A stretch of 64,000 nucleotides of DNA. Origin: Catajapyx aquilonaris. Taxonomy: Eukaryota. The notes beneath the pieces are model-generated. The model saw only the letters and a program-made list of their open reading frames with translations. It was not told the DNA's origin and did no database searches. The stretch's first letter is position 1. Each line of letters opens with the position of its first letter. The DNA lies in NCBI GenBank assembly GCA_000934665.2, contig KZ538823.1, forward strand, positions 1 through 64,000. The letters run 5' to 3'. The position numbers were made by a program, and so were the translations under genes. Below are positions 36,201-48,520 of the stretch, one piece after another.

Positions 36201-38869
36201 AAAAATAAGAAAGGTAAAAAAGAACCCTTAGGCAGTGGCCAAGTCCCGTTGCCCTAGTGGTAGAGCACCGCCTACCTTCCTAATACCTGGGATGATTCTT
36301 GAGAATTCATGGGAGAAGAGGGCTCTTCAAGGTCACATGATCCCTCAACCTCTTTCACTCTTCCTGGCAACAAAAAAGGCGCCTTGGAGGATTTATCTGA
36401 GCTTTGCCAAGAGGGTCTCCAAGAGTGGCCAACAAGCGAAACGCAGAATCATCTCCGGACATTTTCGGACATGTGACCATGAAGAGGAAGTGGACCACTA
36501 TCAAGGTGCACACATCTTCCATTACAGTGGGGCAGATATGGTAACCCACCCAGTCATTTCCTCTCGACTTATCGACAATTAGGCTCCAAGACTGCTGGTG
36601 TATCTAGTCTGAAAACTTTTGCTTGTTGTGTCTGAAAGGAATTCCATTTGCCTTAGGCATAGCATCAAGGTTGCGTAGGTTTGCCCTTAGGTCACTTTGG
36701 TTGACATTTCGTCGGGAGCATGAACATGTTAGCCTGTATTGTTGTATTGGCTTCAAAATTCAACAAAGGCGGTTTTGAACCTAGTCTGGCATTGAAGGGC
36801 CAGAAAGGTGAAAGACGCAATTATGATGATAGTAGGGGTGGGAATACAACAAGATGGTCATCCAACAGCAGCCATATTCCTGCATTTCTTGCCCATTTTT
36901 CCCTCTGGATGGGGATTGGCCAAAAGGGGAAGAAGAAGAGGGGGGACCTTCAATCCATCCTTCCCATACTACTGCCCTCTTCTTCCTTTTTCCTCCCCAA
37001 AAGTTGCATTGGTCCCCTGTGGTTCCCAAAGGGAGAGAACCAGGAGGGGGCGGCGGATGGTGGTCCAGGTTTATTCAGCATTTCCCCAAGCACAGACACA
37101 TCGATCTATGTGTGCGTGGGGGAGAAGAGTCAGGCNCTTTTCTTCTGTCACGGCGTTGGTCAAAATAAAAGCATACATGTGTACTGTGTAGGTATTGCGA
37201 TTCCAGCCATTAAGACACATGCTGCATTATTCAAATAATATTGTCACCGTTGTTTGATATCCTGTGATTCTACTAAAATAATCGTTTATTTATTTGCTAC
37301 CTTTAAAATAAATAACTTTAGCTGCATTATAAATTGGTTATGTACAGTACATGTAAAGGTGTCGGGTGGAGTACATCAACTGAACCGGAAAGTGACGCCG
37401 ATTTTTGGGGGGGTATCAGCCCAATCAGGAGAGGGACAGGAGAGAACAATGCAACAGGAAGACGAATGGAAAGAATGAAAGGTATTTTCCAGCACTCTGT
37501 CAGTGATCGATTGATCTCTACATGCACAGAAATTTTTCTGTGGCGTAACCACCAGCACCCCTTTGTGGGAGTGAATTGCCCGCAGGGGATTTCATAAGTT
37601 TTGGAATAAAGGGATTCTGGTGAGTCATCCCAGACCTGCAATAAATCCTGATATCCAACCCCTGCTTATCATGAACCCTTTAGGAACTACAGCTCCCTAA
37701 TCTAATCAAGTGTTGACGCGCACTGTACTTTGGATACCGGGCGCAATTGGTCCGTCATTTATTTTCGCGGGATAATTCCGACCTGGCGCAACATGAATAT
37801 GGCAGGTCCGACTTGCGCAACGTCGCATGTCCTATAAATTGGGTCAAATAACATCGCTGCTGTGCGACCGGCAAGCGGATTAATTACAGATGGGAAGTGG
37901 CCTGACCTGGGCCTTTCAGCATGCAAATGCCAACCGGAAGGAAAATAAACACACGTTCCTTGTATCTATAGTGAGAATCCCTTAATGTTGCGGTGAAGGT
38001 CACCTGTCTTTTGACAGCCGTTACCGCTGCAATTCATCGTTGCCTGCCAGGTGATATCACACGACAGTTATCATGTAAGGATATCAGGCCACGCGATTCC
38101 GCCAGAATGCCGCATAAGACATTTGTTATGCATAAGGAAGTCTTTTATGGCCGGGTGTGTTGCTTACTGCTTCATGAACTCGCTTACGACCACTTTCGTA
38201 CCAGTACAGAACCCTGATGACACGCAAAGTTATTCCATTCATTCTGAATTTCTAGCAAATACCGTAGATTTTTAATGGCTGCAAAAACATTTGCAGCGGT
38301 TGCATGGCAGAAACCAATAAATTATGGCGGATATATATCCGATAAAGGGACAGCGGCTGTCCCCAAGTACTGAGAAAAACATGTTGCTGTCACATCAAAT
38401 CTGCAATTATTGAAGTTTATGAATTAGCTGAAGCTGCATTGTCCTGATGTCCATAGTTAAAAGTCACTTATGTGCACATGCATGTTACAGTGCATTATTG
38501 GGCATATGCTGAACAGTCTTACCTATAGGCAATAAATCGTCAAAAAGCGTCCCCTTCGTCACATGGCGGAAAAATATTTTGCGAATGCCTGGTATAGAAA
38601 AAATAGTTTATCCCAAAATTTCATCTGGTCCCCTATTTCATCGAAACCCGCCCCTCTCTTATACTGAAGGACCACTCAATTGACATTGTGAGCCCACCCC
38701 TTCGATAAAGCCTGAAAGGGAAAAATTACAAGATGTAATTCTCTACCCACTTTGCCCCTTTGACAACCCGGAAGGTAACGTAAACACTTGACAAAAAAAT
38801 CAACCTGTTCCTCCCAAAAAACTGGTGGCCACCCCTAGAAGGGTTTTCTCCTTTTACCCCCCTCTTTTT

Positions 38870-39300
38870 CCCCTGATATTTGGGTGGGACGGGTTGCAAG
38901 TGCCACTATGATAACCCTAGTCACTTTCACCCAATTCCACAACAGGTGCTTATGAATGAACTAAGCCTTTTTCCCGGACCTACCCCGTTAGGGTTTTTTT
39001 TGGACAGGGGAACCCCTTCAGGGGAGGGCTAAAAAGGGAGCAACCCTTTAGCACAAAAAAGGGCCCATGATGAAGGCAATAAAGAGGAAAAGGAAGGGTA
39101 CAGACAAGGGGGTGGTCCGTAGAACCGCAAGGCAATTTCACGGGCGGTCCTCCTCATCACACAAAAAAACGAAAAAAAAGGGTTGAGGTGGCTTTTAGGG
39201 GATGTCTTAGGAACAGAAAAAATTCAGGGGGGCTTTTAAAGGCACCCCCTACTGGCAAAGGAACGTGCCGGGGGGTCAAAGGGCGCGTTTGAACAGAAGG
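38870..39300 (+). mobile_element. Highly degraded RTE-like LINE 3' fragment
   Basis: Order and spacing of residual motifs (ATMITLVTF..CL..FFP ... KAIKRK ... VVRR) loosely follow the RTE C-terminal region; sequence is heavily homopolymer-distorted. Confidence 0.3.
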
Positions 39301-39491
39301 GGTATTTCCCCCTATCCCTTTACCGGAAGGTAGACTGAAACCCTCTCAGCGGGACTAAGGGGGGGACACTTTTTTGCAGCATTTTTGGAACCTGTTATGA
39401 AGGGGGTAGGACATCATCAGGGTTTAGAACGGGCTCAATGGGCTCAAAAATGGGCTCTTTGAGTTGGACGTAAAGGGCTTATGGTATATGG

Positions 39492-39541
39492 ACAGGTTGG
39501 GACCCAGGTATACAGGTTGGGACCCAGGTATACAGGTTGGG
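39492..39541. repeat. 20-bp tandem repeat, 2.5 copies
   Basis: Unit ACAGGTTGGGACCCAGGTAT. Confidence 0.85.
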
Positions 39542-40129
39542 TCATATGAGGACTATTATGTAATAATATTATGTTCGGGTAAGCTTCTGACTTTTATTAC
39601 ACAAGAATGTGTGTGTGGGGGGGGGAGGTAAAAAGTCACACTCATTACCCTTTCACGTCAACTCTATTCTTCTTAGTTCCCACATTATTCACTTAAGCCT
39701 GTCACGTGGTCCGCAAATCACTAGGTCCAACCAAACACTATACCGTTCTTCAAATATGCAAATAACACAACGTCCATTTGCGGCACGTTTTTCTAACGGT
39801 ACTTCACCCACGAGGTCCCCCTTTTTTTGTGGAAGGGCACTATTGAAGCAGACTTCTTGGGGATGTCAATAAGAAGAGAAAAAACTGCGGTCCAAAAATG
39901 GGGTGGGGGGCAGCAGCTCCCTGAATTGAGGAACTGCTACCGGAAGCAGCAATCAAGAAGTACAATGGATCGGCAGCAACTGCCCCCTGTGGAAACTACA
40001 GGGTCAGATATATGCGTATAAGGGCACCAACTTGGGCAGATGTCCTCTTGATGAAGAAGACAATGCGGCCCCTCCCAAACTTGGTCATAACGGTTCCTTT
40101 GAAGCATCCCCTCCAAAAAGTTGGCGACT

Positions 40130-40560
40130 GGTGGTGGTCCCCGTTCGAAAAACACGACGCCCGCAACATGAAGATGACTGAATTATGTTGATATGTCACA
40201 GGACAAGTGTGCCCTGCAGCTGTCGCCCAAGGACCGCCCTTTTCCTCTTTTCTCCCCTAAACCCAATCCAATTCCGTTTATGGCGTGAGTGGATGGACCC
40301 AAAAAATCTACTCCACATTTGCACAATTTCGGTGGTGGTCACCGTGGACTCGGGAAAACCAAATTGGATGGGGCAGCTGAATAATCCCTATGTGATCAAG
40401 CAGCTTAGTATATGGCCAGAGGACATCGCCACAGGGTGAAGAAGCAACCCAAAATAATTATGCTCAACTTTCAAACGTATACGGTATTCTCCCATGAAAA
40501 AACGCAATACGTTGGTTCAAAATTTTAAAAACACTAGTTTGTGACTTCTAGGAACACACC
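40130..40560 (+). pseudogene. Possible degraded Tc1/mariner transposase C-terminus
   Basis: PFEKHDARN (cf. FQQDGAPAH) followed by SPLNPIQFRLW (cf. SPDLNP.DF.LW). Confidence 0.35.
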
Positions 40561-41004
40561 TACAGGGCACAACTCCCTATAAAGAATGGCCACTAATTTG
40601 TTCCAGTTTTTCACAAAAAAAGTATAAAAAAGGGAAAGAAGGTATATAAGTGCAAAGCAATTCCACGAAGGCTGTAATAAACCGCGCGAGTCCCTGATTT
40701 TTATTTTCTTCCACCGTCCAAAAAAAAGATAGGTCTAAGCAGAAAAAATTGTCACCCACGAGCACAAAAAAACTTAAAAAGGGCTCCAGGGTGCAGCATC
40801 CAAACGGCCCCAAAGCATTAACATAAAATATGCAAATCACGCGCTGGGTTAGGAGAATTACTTCTGATTAGTCCTTCCACCCCATCGTCTATTCAACCCC
40901 GGAATCCTCACGTCAACCGTACCCTGTTGCCAAAATTATGGCCAAAATTTGGAACGTATTCACTATACTTTCCCTCCGAAAATAATTTTGTGCAAGCTGC
41001 CACA

Positions 41005-41078
41005 AATTGAATTCGATTATGCAATAAACAGGTAAGTTGCATGCGGCCTACCTGGTTATTGCAGAGACGCATTCAATT
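41005..41078. repeat. 74-bp imperfect hairpin with AATTGAAT/ATTCAATT ends
   Basis: AATTGAAT...TGCAATAAACAGGTA / TACCTGGTTATTGCA...ATTCAATT. Confidence 0.6.
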
Positions 41079-42455
41079 TATGGTCATGCAACATTTTTAT
41101 TATTCCAAATGCGTTTTCATAGGATGACAAGACTTTGTCACCCATTTTATATATTTGCTAACTGACATCTGACCAGATAAAAATATCAATACAAGCACAT
41201 CGATGCATGGTGGTCGATAATGTGCACTTTTACATACGGCTCCACAGAAGCCCTCTAAAAAATCAATCCCCGTGCGTTTTTTGGTGCCACGTGCGGGAAC
41301 AAAAGTTCACCTTTTTTTCCCTCAAAAATCTCCCTCCACACCCTCCTAGATCCTGCAGCATCCCAACATTTTTTTCCTTCCATTTTTTGGGACAGTTTTT
41401 CCACTTTTTTCTCTCCTCCCCATCCTTGGGGGTGAGTCCGAAACACAAAGAGGTGTATTTGGTGAGTTCGCCATTCTCCAGCAACTCAACAGTGAGTGGC
41501 AGGCAAATTGTGAAAAATACAGCCGCAGATGATAAACACCTCCGACACACCTGTATAGTGTAGAATGCCCCTGAGGGACTTTTTTGCCCAACCTCTGGGT
41601 GGACAAAAAAAGGCAAAAAAAGGTGCACTATTAAAAAACTAGTCCGGTTCACGTTGACGTGTGCTTGGCACGCTGCCGGTTGCTTTGTGGATAAGGACGT
41701 TGGTTGGAGTATGGGGGAGAAATTTCTTTTGGCCACTAGGTCCCTTCAGGCAATGCCCAATTTGAAGCGGCAGACCCTTCATATCTGCATGCCAACGGGA
41801 TTTATTGAAAATCCTTGCCTTCGCCCAAAATGGAAGCAGGGTTGATTCGATATGCTTCCCGAGGTGGACTCGCCGCTTTGCATACGCTACAATGCACGAT
41901 ATCCGATCATTTTGCTCCTAGGGAAATGTCAGGCAATGCCATTTACCTCGGGTTCGACGGATGTGGGGGTAAGTTGAAGACAACTCTGGAAGCAGCTGAT
42001 GGCAGAGATCAGAGATAAGTATTTTGTCGCAAATTGATCGTCAGATAATCCACTAAACTTCAACATCTTTCTATACGAGTGTTATAATGTTAAGCTAGCA
42101 TGACAGACTCGTCCCAAATAGCACTATTGCCGCCCATGTACGGCGATACAGTAGAATAGCCACTGTTTTAATTTACAGCCCTCGCGCATATTTCGGGCCA
42201 TCACACTAATTTACTTGCAGGGCTATATTATCTCGCCGTTTTGACATTGCAAGCTTGTTCGCCATATTTATTTGTTAGCAGCAGAGGAACTACATGTGTT
42301 ATGTTATTATTTTGAGGCCATATTATTCCAGAACCTACCGTGCCGTATGTCTACGTTCATTTGGGACGGTTCTGACAGTGAGTGATGGCAGAATGTGCGC
42401 TAGTATCATGATCCCAGCACAGCCACAGGAACCTGTACCGCTATGCAGGACCATG

Positions 42456-42527
<72 letters not shown>
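42456..42527. repeat. (ACT)24 microsatellite
   Basis: Perfect trinucleotide run. Confidence 0.97.
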
Positions 42528-44269
42528 GACTTACTTTCCCAGTGTACCCGGGTTAGCATTCAGGTCATCGCATCCACTACAACTCTATCGATTCTGACAG
42601 CTGATGAAGGAAAAAAATTTACTGGGGAAAATAAACTCCTCTATAGAGCACTCGCCAGTTATATACTGTATAACATCGATGGTTATTATAATGCCATGAA
42701 TAGATTCAAGAAGCATCGTATTATACTCACTGAAATATTTCGAGCAAAATATATGCATTGCACAAATTCTCACTTATTTCATGAGAAAATAGGTGACTTT
42801 CACACAAGGAAGAGCACTACACGGAATTTCAGCTAATTAATTTTGCTTTCAGATATTGCATGAATAGTCACTGATGAAATTGTGCGATTCACTCATAAAT
42901 AGAGCGTGTACATGAATTCATCTGCCAAAATGATACGGGTGTGCGTATGAAAGAAGCATGGCATGGGTCCGAAAGGCCGACGACGACGTCTATCCTGACA
43001 AGTATGGATACCCCCGTGTATGGCTGCATTTCCGGTTGCCAGGGCCAGGCGCTCGCACTCCCAGACCGTTAAATCGCCGATACGTGAATGCCTTCGGCCA
43101 GACGCGAATTCGCTGAAAGCTGAAATTCGCTCGCTTTTGATCAAAATCGCGTATATGTGACCGCACCTTTTGGCAGATGAATACACGTAATATAGGTAAA
43201 TTCACTCGAACTCGAACAACTCAAAATATTTCACTTCATGAGAAACCAAATGAATCAAACATGATTGAACGTTTCAGACGATGCAAAACTATACTGTGTC
43301 ATGCTTTGAAGCTGGCTTATCGAGGATTAACCCATATTTTCTGCAAAATGTGTAATGAATACAGTATGTTACACCTCCGTCTGTCCCTCCGTTAATCTGG
43401 GTGTACAATATTGTGCAATGAATGACGCACTTCACTTTGTATTTCAGACTAATAGAACAGGTAAAATTGAGTCACTTTTTTCCAAAGCAATTTTTGTGAT
43501 TTTGACATTTCTGGTGTTACATATGACGTTCTAAAAATGCTGCTAAAATTGAGAAAATATAACGGAATCCAGAGAGCATTCGTAACTTATTCAGAGCATT
43601 TCCCTGCCGCCAATACTGAGGTAAAATTATAGCTTACACGATTGATTGTTTGTACTGTATAGCTGCCTTACATAGACGTAATTAGGCAAACATTCAGGAT
43701 GAATAATTTCGTTAGCTTACAGTACACATCCGACTTCAACAGTCGTTTCCAATTCGTTGCTTATCTTTACTGATTGCACGTTGTATTGTTGTCAACACTA
43801 AAATATTCAGATGTTTTTCTCCCCTGCAATTGTTGTAACGGTGGCGTCATCGTCAGTAGATGGCAAAAAATTGGAACAAAACTTTCCTTAGCCAACCCCG
43901 GTGCGCATTTGTATGGGTCCCCGGTACACCCAAAAATCCGGTGCAACTAATGGTTCGGCGGGCCAGCGATGACGCGAGAAAACTCGGCGGAAAACACACC
44001 GTGACGTCCCTTTTCCCGAATATGGTAATTGGAGCATTGGAAAGAAGCAGTTTTTGGAAGCGACAACTATCGCAGCACATATATCATGCAAAGCGTATGG
44101 CCCTGCCGAGTGGCCACGAGAAAAAAGAGGTCATCATGCATGACCTTATGGATGTGTCATGGATGAGACTCAATTCAGGCCACCTGGACTGTACAATAAC
44201 TCGGCTGTACTGTACACGTGATTTGCCAACCAACAGTACGCCATGTGTAATAAATGAGGATTTTTCCGA

Positions 44270-44560
44270 CTTATCTCTCCTCGTAAGTCTCCCTTCCAAA
44301 AATACGATCCGGGAAACTAATTTCTTTTTCATGAAGGCTCCGGTCCATCTCATCCTGCTTTCTTCCTGCTCCATTATTTTCAAGCCTCCTATCCGGACTT
44401 TCCTGGCCCCCCGCCCCTCTCCCCCAACATCGCCCAAAAAGCAAGTTCCCTCAGGCCAAGAACGATGTGGAATGTGACAAATGACAAATGACCTTCTGCA
44501 TCTCCGGCAGAGTCTTTCCTGCCCTCTGACCAGATTTTTTTTACTACTCATTCCCTTTCC
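44270..44560 (-). mobile_element. Degraded non-LTR retrotransposon (RTE-like) 3' fragment
   Basis: RRCRR..HIPHRSWPE ... IMEQEESRMRWTGAFMKKKLVSRIVFLEGRLTRR resembles RCLRRIL.ISW ... RLRW.GH..R....LEG of RTE-clade ORFs. Confidence 0.35.
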
Positions 44561-45971
44561 ATAGACACCTCATTGGGTCTCTTTGGCACAAGATGATATC
44601 GCAAAAATTCATATTTAATCGCGGAAAATTAGCTAAGGAAAAGTGGTCTCACCTGATAAGCAGCTGCGGTAAGTGGCGTACAGGTAGTGGTACAGTGATG
44701 TGTGGTCCGTTCCCACGACGTACACTCATTTGGTCCTCTCGAGTCAGCCTCCTCAGCCAATTCTGCGCGCGTTTTTGGTCCCCCGGAAAACCTGCAAGCA
44801 GAATCGGAACTGGTCAGACACGCATCACGTCTTGATGACTTCCCACTCCACAGATGTATCACCCCTCCAAAAATGGGGTCACTGATTGTCATCAGTTCAG
44901 CGTCATCTCTGAGTTTTTTTCCCCCCTTGCACTTAAACTCCACTCGAAAACCGTTTACAAGTCTGATCTTAATGTTGCTATGGAAAATGTGTCCAACTCT
45001 TGCAACGATTGGCCTCCGACACACATATATAGCCTACGTCACATCTGGTGCATGTGTCTATATGATGGAATCGTCACCCAGCAACCGGCTGGGTGCTTGG
45101 ATACACCCTCTCAAGATGAAAATTCTAGGCTATATATGGTGGTTTCAACTGTAACCTAGCAACCTGGAAAAACACCTCAACACCTCTGCAGCATATCTTG
45201 AAAAAGTCGTTTCTCTCCCTGCACCACAGAGCATACGATATTTGTCTTTCGTAACACTTCAAAGAATGCTAGCAAGCTATAGGACACCTGTATTATATTG
45301 CCAGGTCCGCTCAGATTTTCTGGAGCACAGATATGATTTTGATAGTGACTATATTAGAAAAACGAAAGTCACTGGAGTAGAAAATCCATAAATTCTTCAC
45401 ATATACTGTATACAGTACCCCCATTTGAACTGGGGACTTGGTCAGTGTGCAGTGGTGGAAATTCATGGGGTCCTGCTTGGTGGCGTTTTTCCGCCAGGAG
45501 GCGATACTTGTGCTTCTCCATTAATTTCCACCACACTGTACTAAATTCATCTGCAAATTTCATTGCTTCCTTCTTCCTGCTTCCTGCTCATCCTGTTTGT
45601 CGCATTTCCTTGCCGGAAGTATAATAAACTTATAGGCATTTCTGGGCATTTCCATTTGGAATCCAGGCTTGATCCAATAGTGAATTTTAGAGCGCTACCT
45701 GTAATAAATAGCATTTCCTCCGAGACAGCGTATCACTCGCTGTAACTGGCAGATGATATTCTCCGAGTAAAAAAGAAAGTCAATTCAGGAACTCTCGACA
45801 GAGCGTCATATATGCATCGACAATAATTCATATAGTAACAGCTATAAGAGGACATATTCTGCACAATAAGCCTATTCTGTACTCATTCACATGTTACCAT
45901 AGAACCCCTGCATCACTGGACACCGCTTGTAAGGGCTGTCGTGAAGGTTTTCTACCTGTTATTGTTATAAT

Positions 45972-46060
45972 TGGAGTTAACTTGCGTCTCTTTCTTCATC
46001 GCTGACTACCCCTAATAATTGGGAAAAAGTCGCGATTAATGATTTTTGTTGTTATTTACA
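45972..46060. repeat. Partial copy of the 48335-48520 element
   Basis: TGGAGTTAACTTGCGTCTC...TTCATCGCTG matches the reverse complement of ~48404-48434; ATCGCTGACTACCCCT is shared with 48457-48472. Confidence 0.65.
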
Positions 46061-46430
46061 ATACCTTGTTAACGCCCTTTCATCCAGTTTACTCCCTGAC
46101 TTCCTGTAGCAGGAGTATTCACCGCACATTTAGGATTGCTACTATAAATTTAAATCTTATATTAAATTGAAGACACGCCAATATTCTCGAGTAAGGCAAT
46201 ATAATATTGCAAAGTGCTTCGCTGGCCAATATTCGAATGAGGCGGGATAGAAGCATGCTAGATGTTGACTGAGAGTCTCCAAGTTTGGAGTGTGCAAAGG
46301 CAACGTGGGTGCCGTGTGTGCAAAAGGCCGGTGAGGGTGGTGGTGGGTGGCTGTGCCTCGACCCTAACCTGCCTCAATCTGGCAGGCTTTGGACGAGGGA
46401 GGGGGCGGCTAGGATCGATTCCATCCATGT

Positions 46431-46431
<1 letters not shown>

Positions 46432-46492
<61 letters not shown>

Positions 46493-46676
46493 NNNNNNNN
46501 NNNNNNNNNNNNNNNNNNNNNNNNNNNNNNNNNNNNNNNNNNNNNNNNNNNNNNNNNNNNNNNNNNNNNNNNNNNNNNNNNNNNNNNNNNNNNNNNNNNN
46601 NNNNNNNNNNNNNNNNNNNNNNNNNNNNNNNNNNNNNNNNNNNNNNNNNNNNNNNNNNGGGGGGGGGGGGGGGGGG
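46432..46676. repeat. (CT)n microsatellite, assembly gap (N 46493-46658) and poly-G
   Basis: Read directly from the sequence. Confidence 0.95.
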
Positions 46677-47951
46677 AGAAATGTCTGGCCCATTTCCCTC
46701 GTCCGCCATGTCATCTCCAAGGGGGTGATGCCTATCGCATTCAAACCCTTCGTAACGACCTCTCTTTTTCGGCCAGAAAGACACACTCCTCACTTGGACA
46801 GCTCAACCTTTCTTTCCCTTCAGAGAAACCTTAGCGATGTCACGATAATTCAACCTGTTCCAAATGTGAAGAAGACTTCAGACAGTTCAACAAAAAAAAA
46901 AGACTAATGACTCAGGAATGTAGGCGACATGCTTATTTTTGTAAAATGTTTGTGACAATTGTCACTCTGAAAATGACACGAATGAACTCCCCCAAAAAAA
47001 TCCGCCATCTTTGGTCCAGATCATCTTACGAACAATCTGCGCTATTATTTCCATGGTCGCCAGCTTTACCCCTAATAACTAGGGTGCTCTACAGTTTCGG
47101 TCTCATTTTCAAGTTGCAGCTGTCGTTGGGGGTCTCCAACATGCTTGAAAGCGACAAAAGTAGTGACAACCCTTCTTTTTCACTCCTTCTTGCAAGAGTC
47201 TCCAGAAAAGGGGAAAAAGAAGTTGGTTGAAGAAAAGCAGGCTCGCATCTTCTTGGAGGCTCCAAATTGGAGGAGACATGTGGAGTTTCTTTCTTCTCTG
47301 TCCGACACCCGCCCCGGATTCTTTACCCCCCTCTACACCCTCCATTCCACCCTTTTTTTTCCATAAAACGTGAAAAAGCTCCCGTGGCGGGCACGCTTGC
47401 AGAGTATAGAAAGGGGGTAGAACGTACAATTCTTTAGGGACTGGATTTTGGGGGTAAAAATCAGAAGCTCCCCCCCTTTTCCCCCGTTTTTGGGGTAAAA
47501 AGAGAGGATTGAAAGGATTTTTTGGGGAGGTGAAAAGAGAAGGGACGGGTTTCTGGCCCCCCTTAACCCACTGTGCCCCACGTGCACCTGGATAGTAGAA
47601 GCCAACCAACCCTTCGTCATTGGCTACCGGCTGCCAGAGTTTTTTCCCTGCTCTTCCAGGGGGCCTTCGTTTTTTGTGAGCGTGTTGGGGAGGATAGGGC
47701 TCGTGGCAGCCATTATGTGTGCCGCCGCCAATTATTCCACATGTTTTCTCGCTTCCCAGCCTACCTCCCAATTCGATGACAACGCACACGCGCTCCAAAC
47801 CCGTTTATTTTACCCCCACTTATCATAAAAGTGAGATCCCAAAGTCCACATTTTATGGCTTTCCCTCTCCTTAATGTATGTTTATCATGCCAGCATTATT
47901 GAAAGGATGGACGTGATGACATAAAGAAAGCTGTCTGGTTATTTATTAACG

Positions 47952-47960
47952 AATAATAAC

Positions 47961-48022
<62 letters not shown>

Positions 48023-48215
48023 AACTCTCGAGAGATTGTCATATTCTTTGGGGATTTATGGAAACGTTTTCTTAATTCCTACTGCTACAGTGGGAGGGGA
48101 CCACAAACGCTTGGCTTTGATAGACTGTCCGTAAAATACCTGTCAAATAAGCATGTCCCGGGAATCGAACCGACACCATGTGTGTAGCGGTGGGACACAA
48201 AACCCATTTGCTATA
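47952..48215 (-). mobile_element. tRNA-derived SINE with (ATT)n tail
   Basis: Minus A-box-like TAGCAAATGG (~48204-48213), B-box GGTTCGATTCC (48161-48171), ~140-nt body, then (ATT)n at 47952-48020. Confidence 0.6.
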
Positions 48216-48334
48216 CATGTATGCTCCAGACAGTGCATCATAACACAATAAAAAATAGTCTAATCACATGGTAAAATGCTGCATTGGGGCTATGGTTTGC
48301 TATTATATTATTGGTTCACGATCTTTAACGAAAT

Positions 48335-48520
48335 ATTAATGTTAATACAACAAACCAACAACGACATCACGACATTTCCCTATAAGGGGCGCTATAAGGG
48401 GTGCAGCGATGAAGGGAGACACAAGTTAACCCCACATATGAACTAAATTAAAACTGATCGCTGACTACCCCTTATAGGGGAATTTCGTGATGGTTTTGTT
48501 GTTGTTGTGTTAATGTTAAT
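48335..48520. mobile_element. MITE-like inverted-repeat element
   Basis: ACAACAAACC...ATCACGACATTTCCCTATAAGGGG mirrored by CCCCTTATAGGGGAATTTCGTGATGG...GTTGTTGT. Confidence 0.7.

Noticed and set aside
42294..42836. Mucin-like poly-Thr protein
   Set aside because: The Thr tract is the (ACT)24 microsatellite; flanks are not protein-like.
46262..47798. ORFs spanning the gap and the 229-aa ORF
   Set aside because: Products of the (CT)n/N gap and of stop-poor homopolymer-rich sequence.
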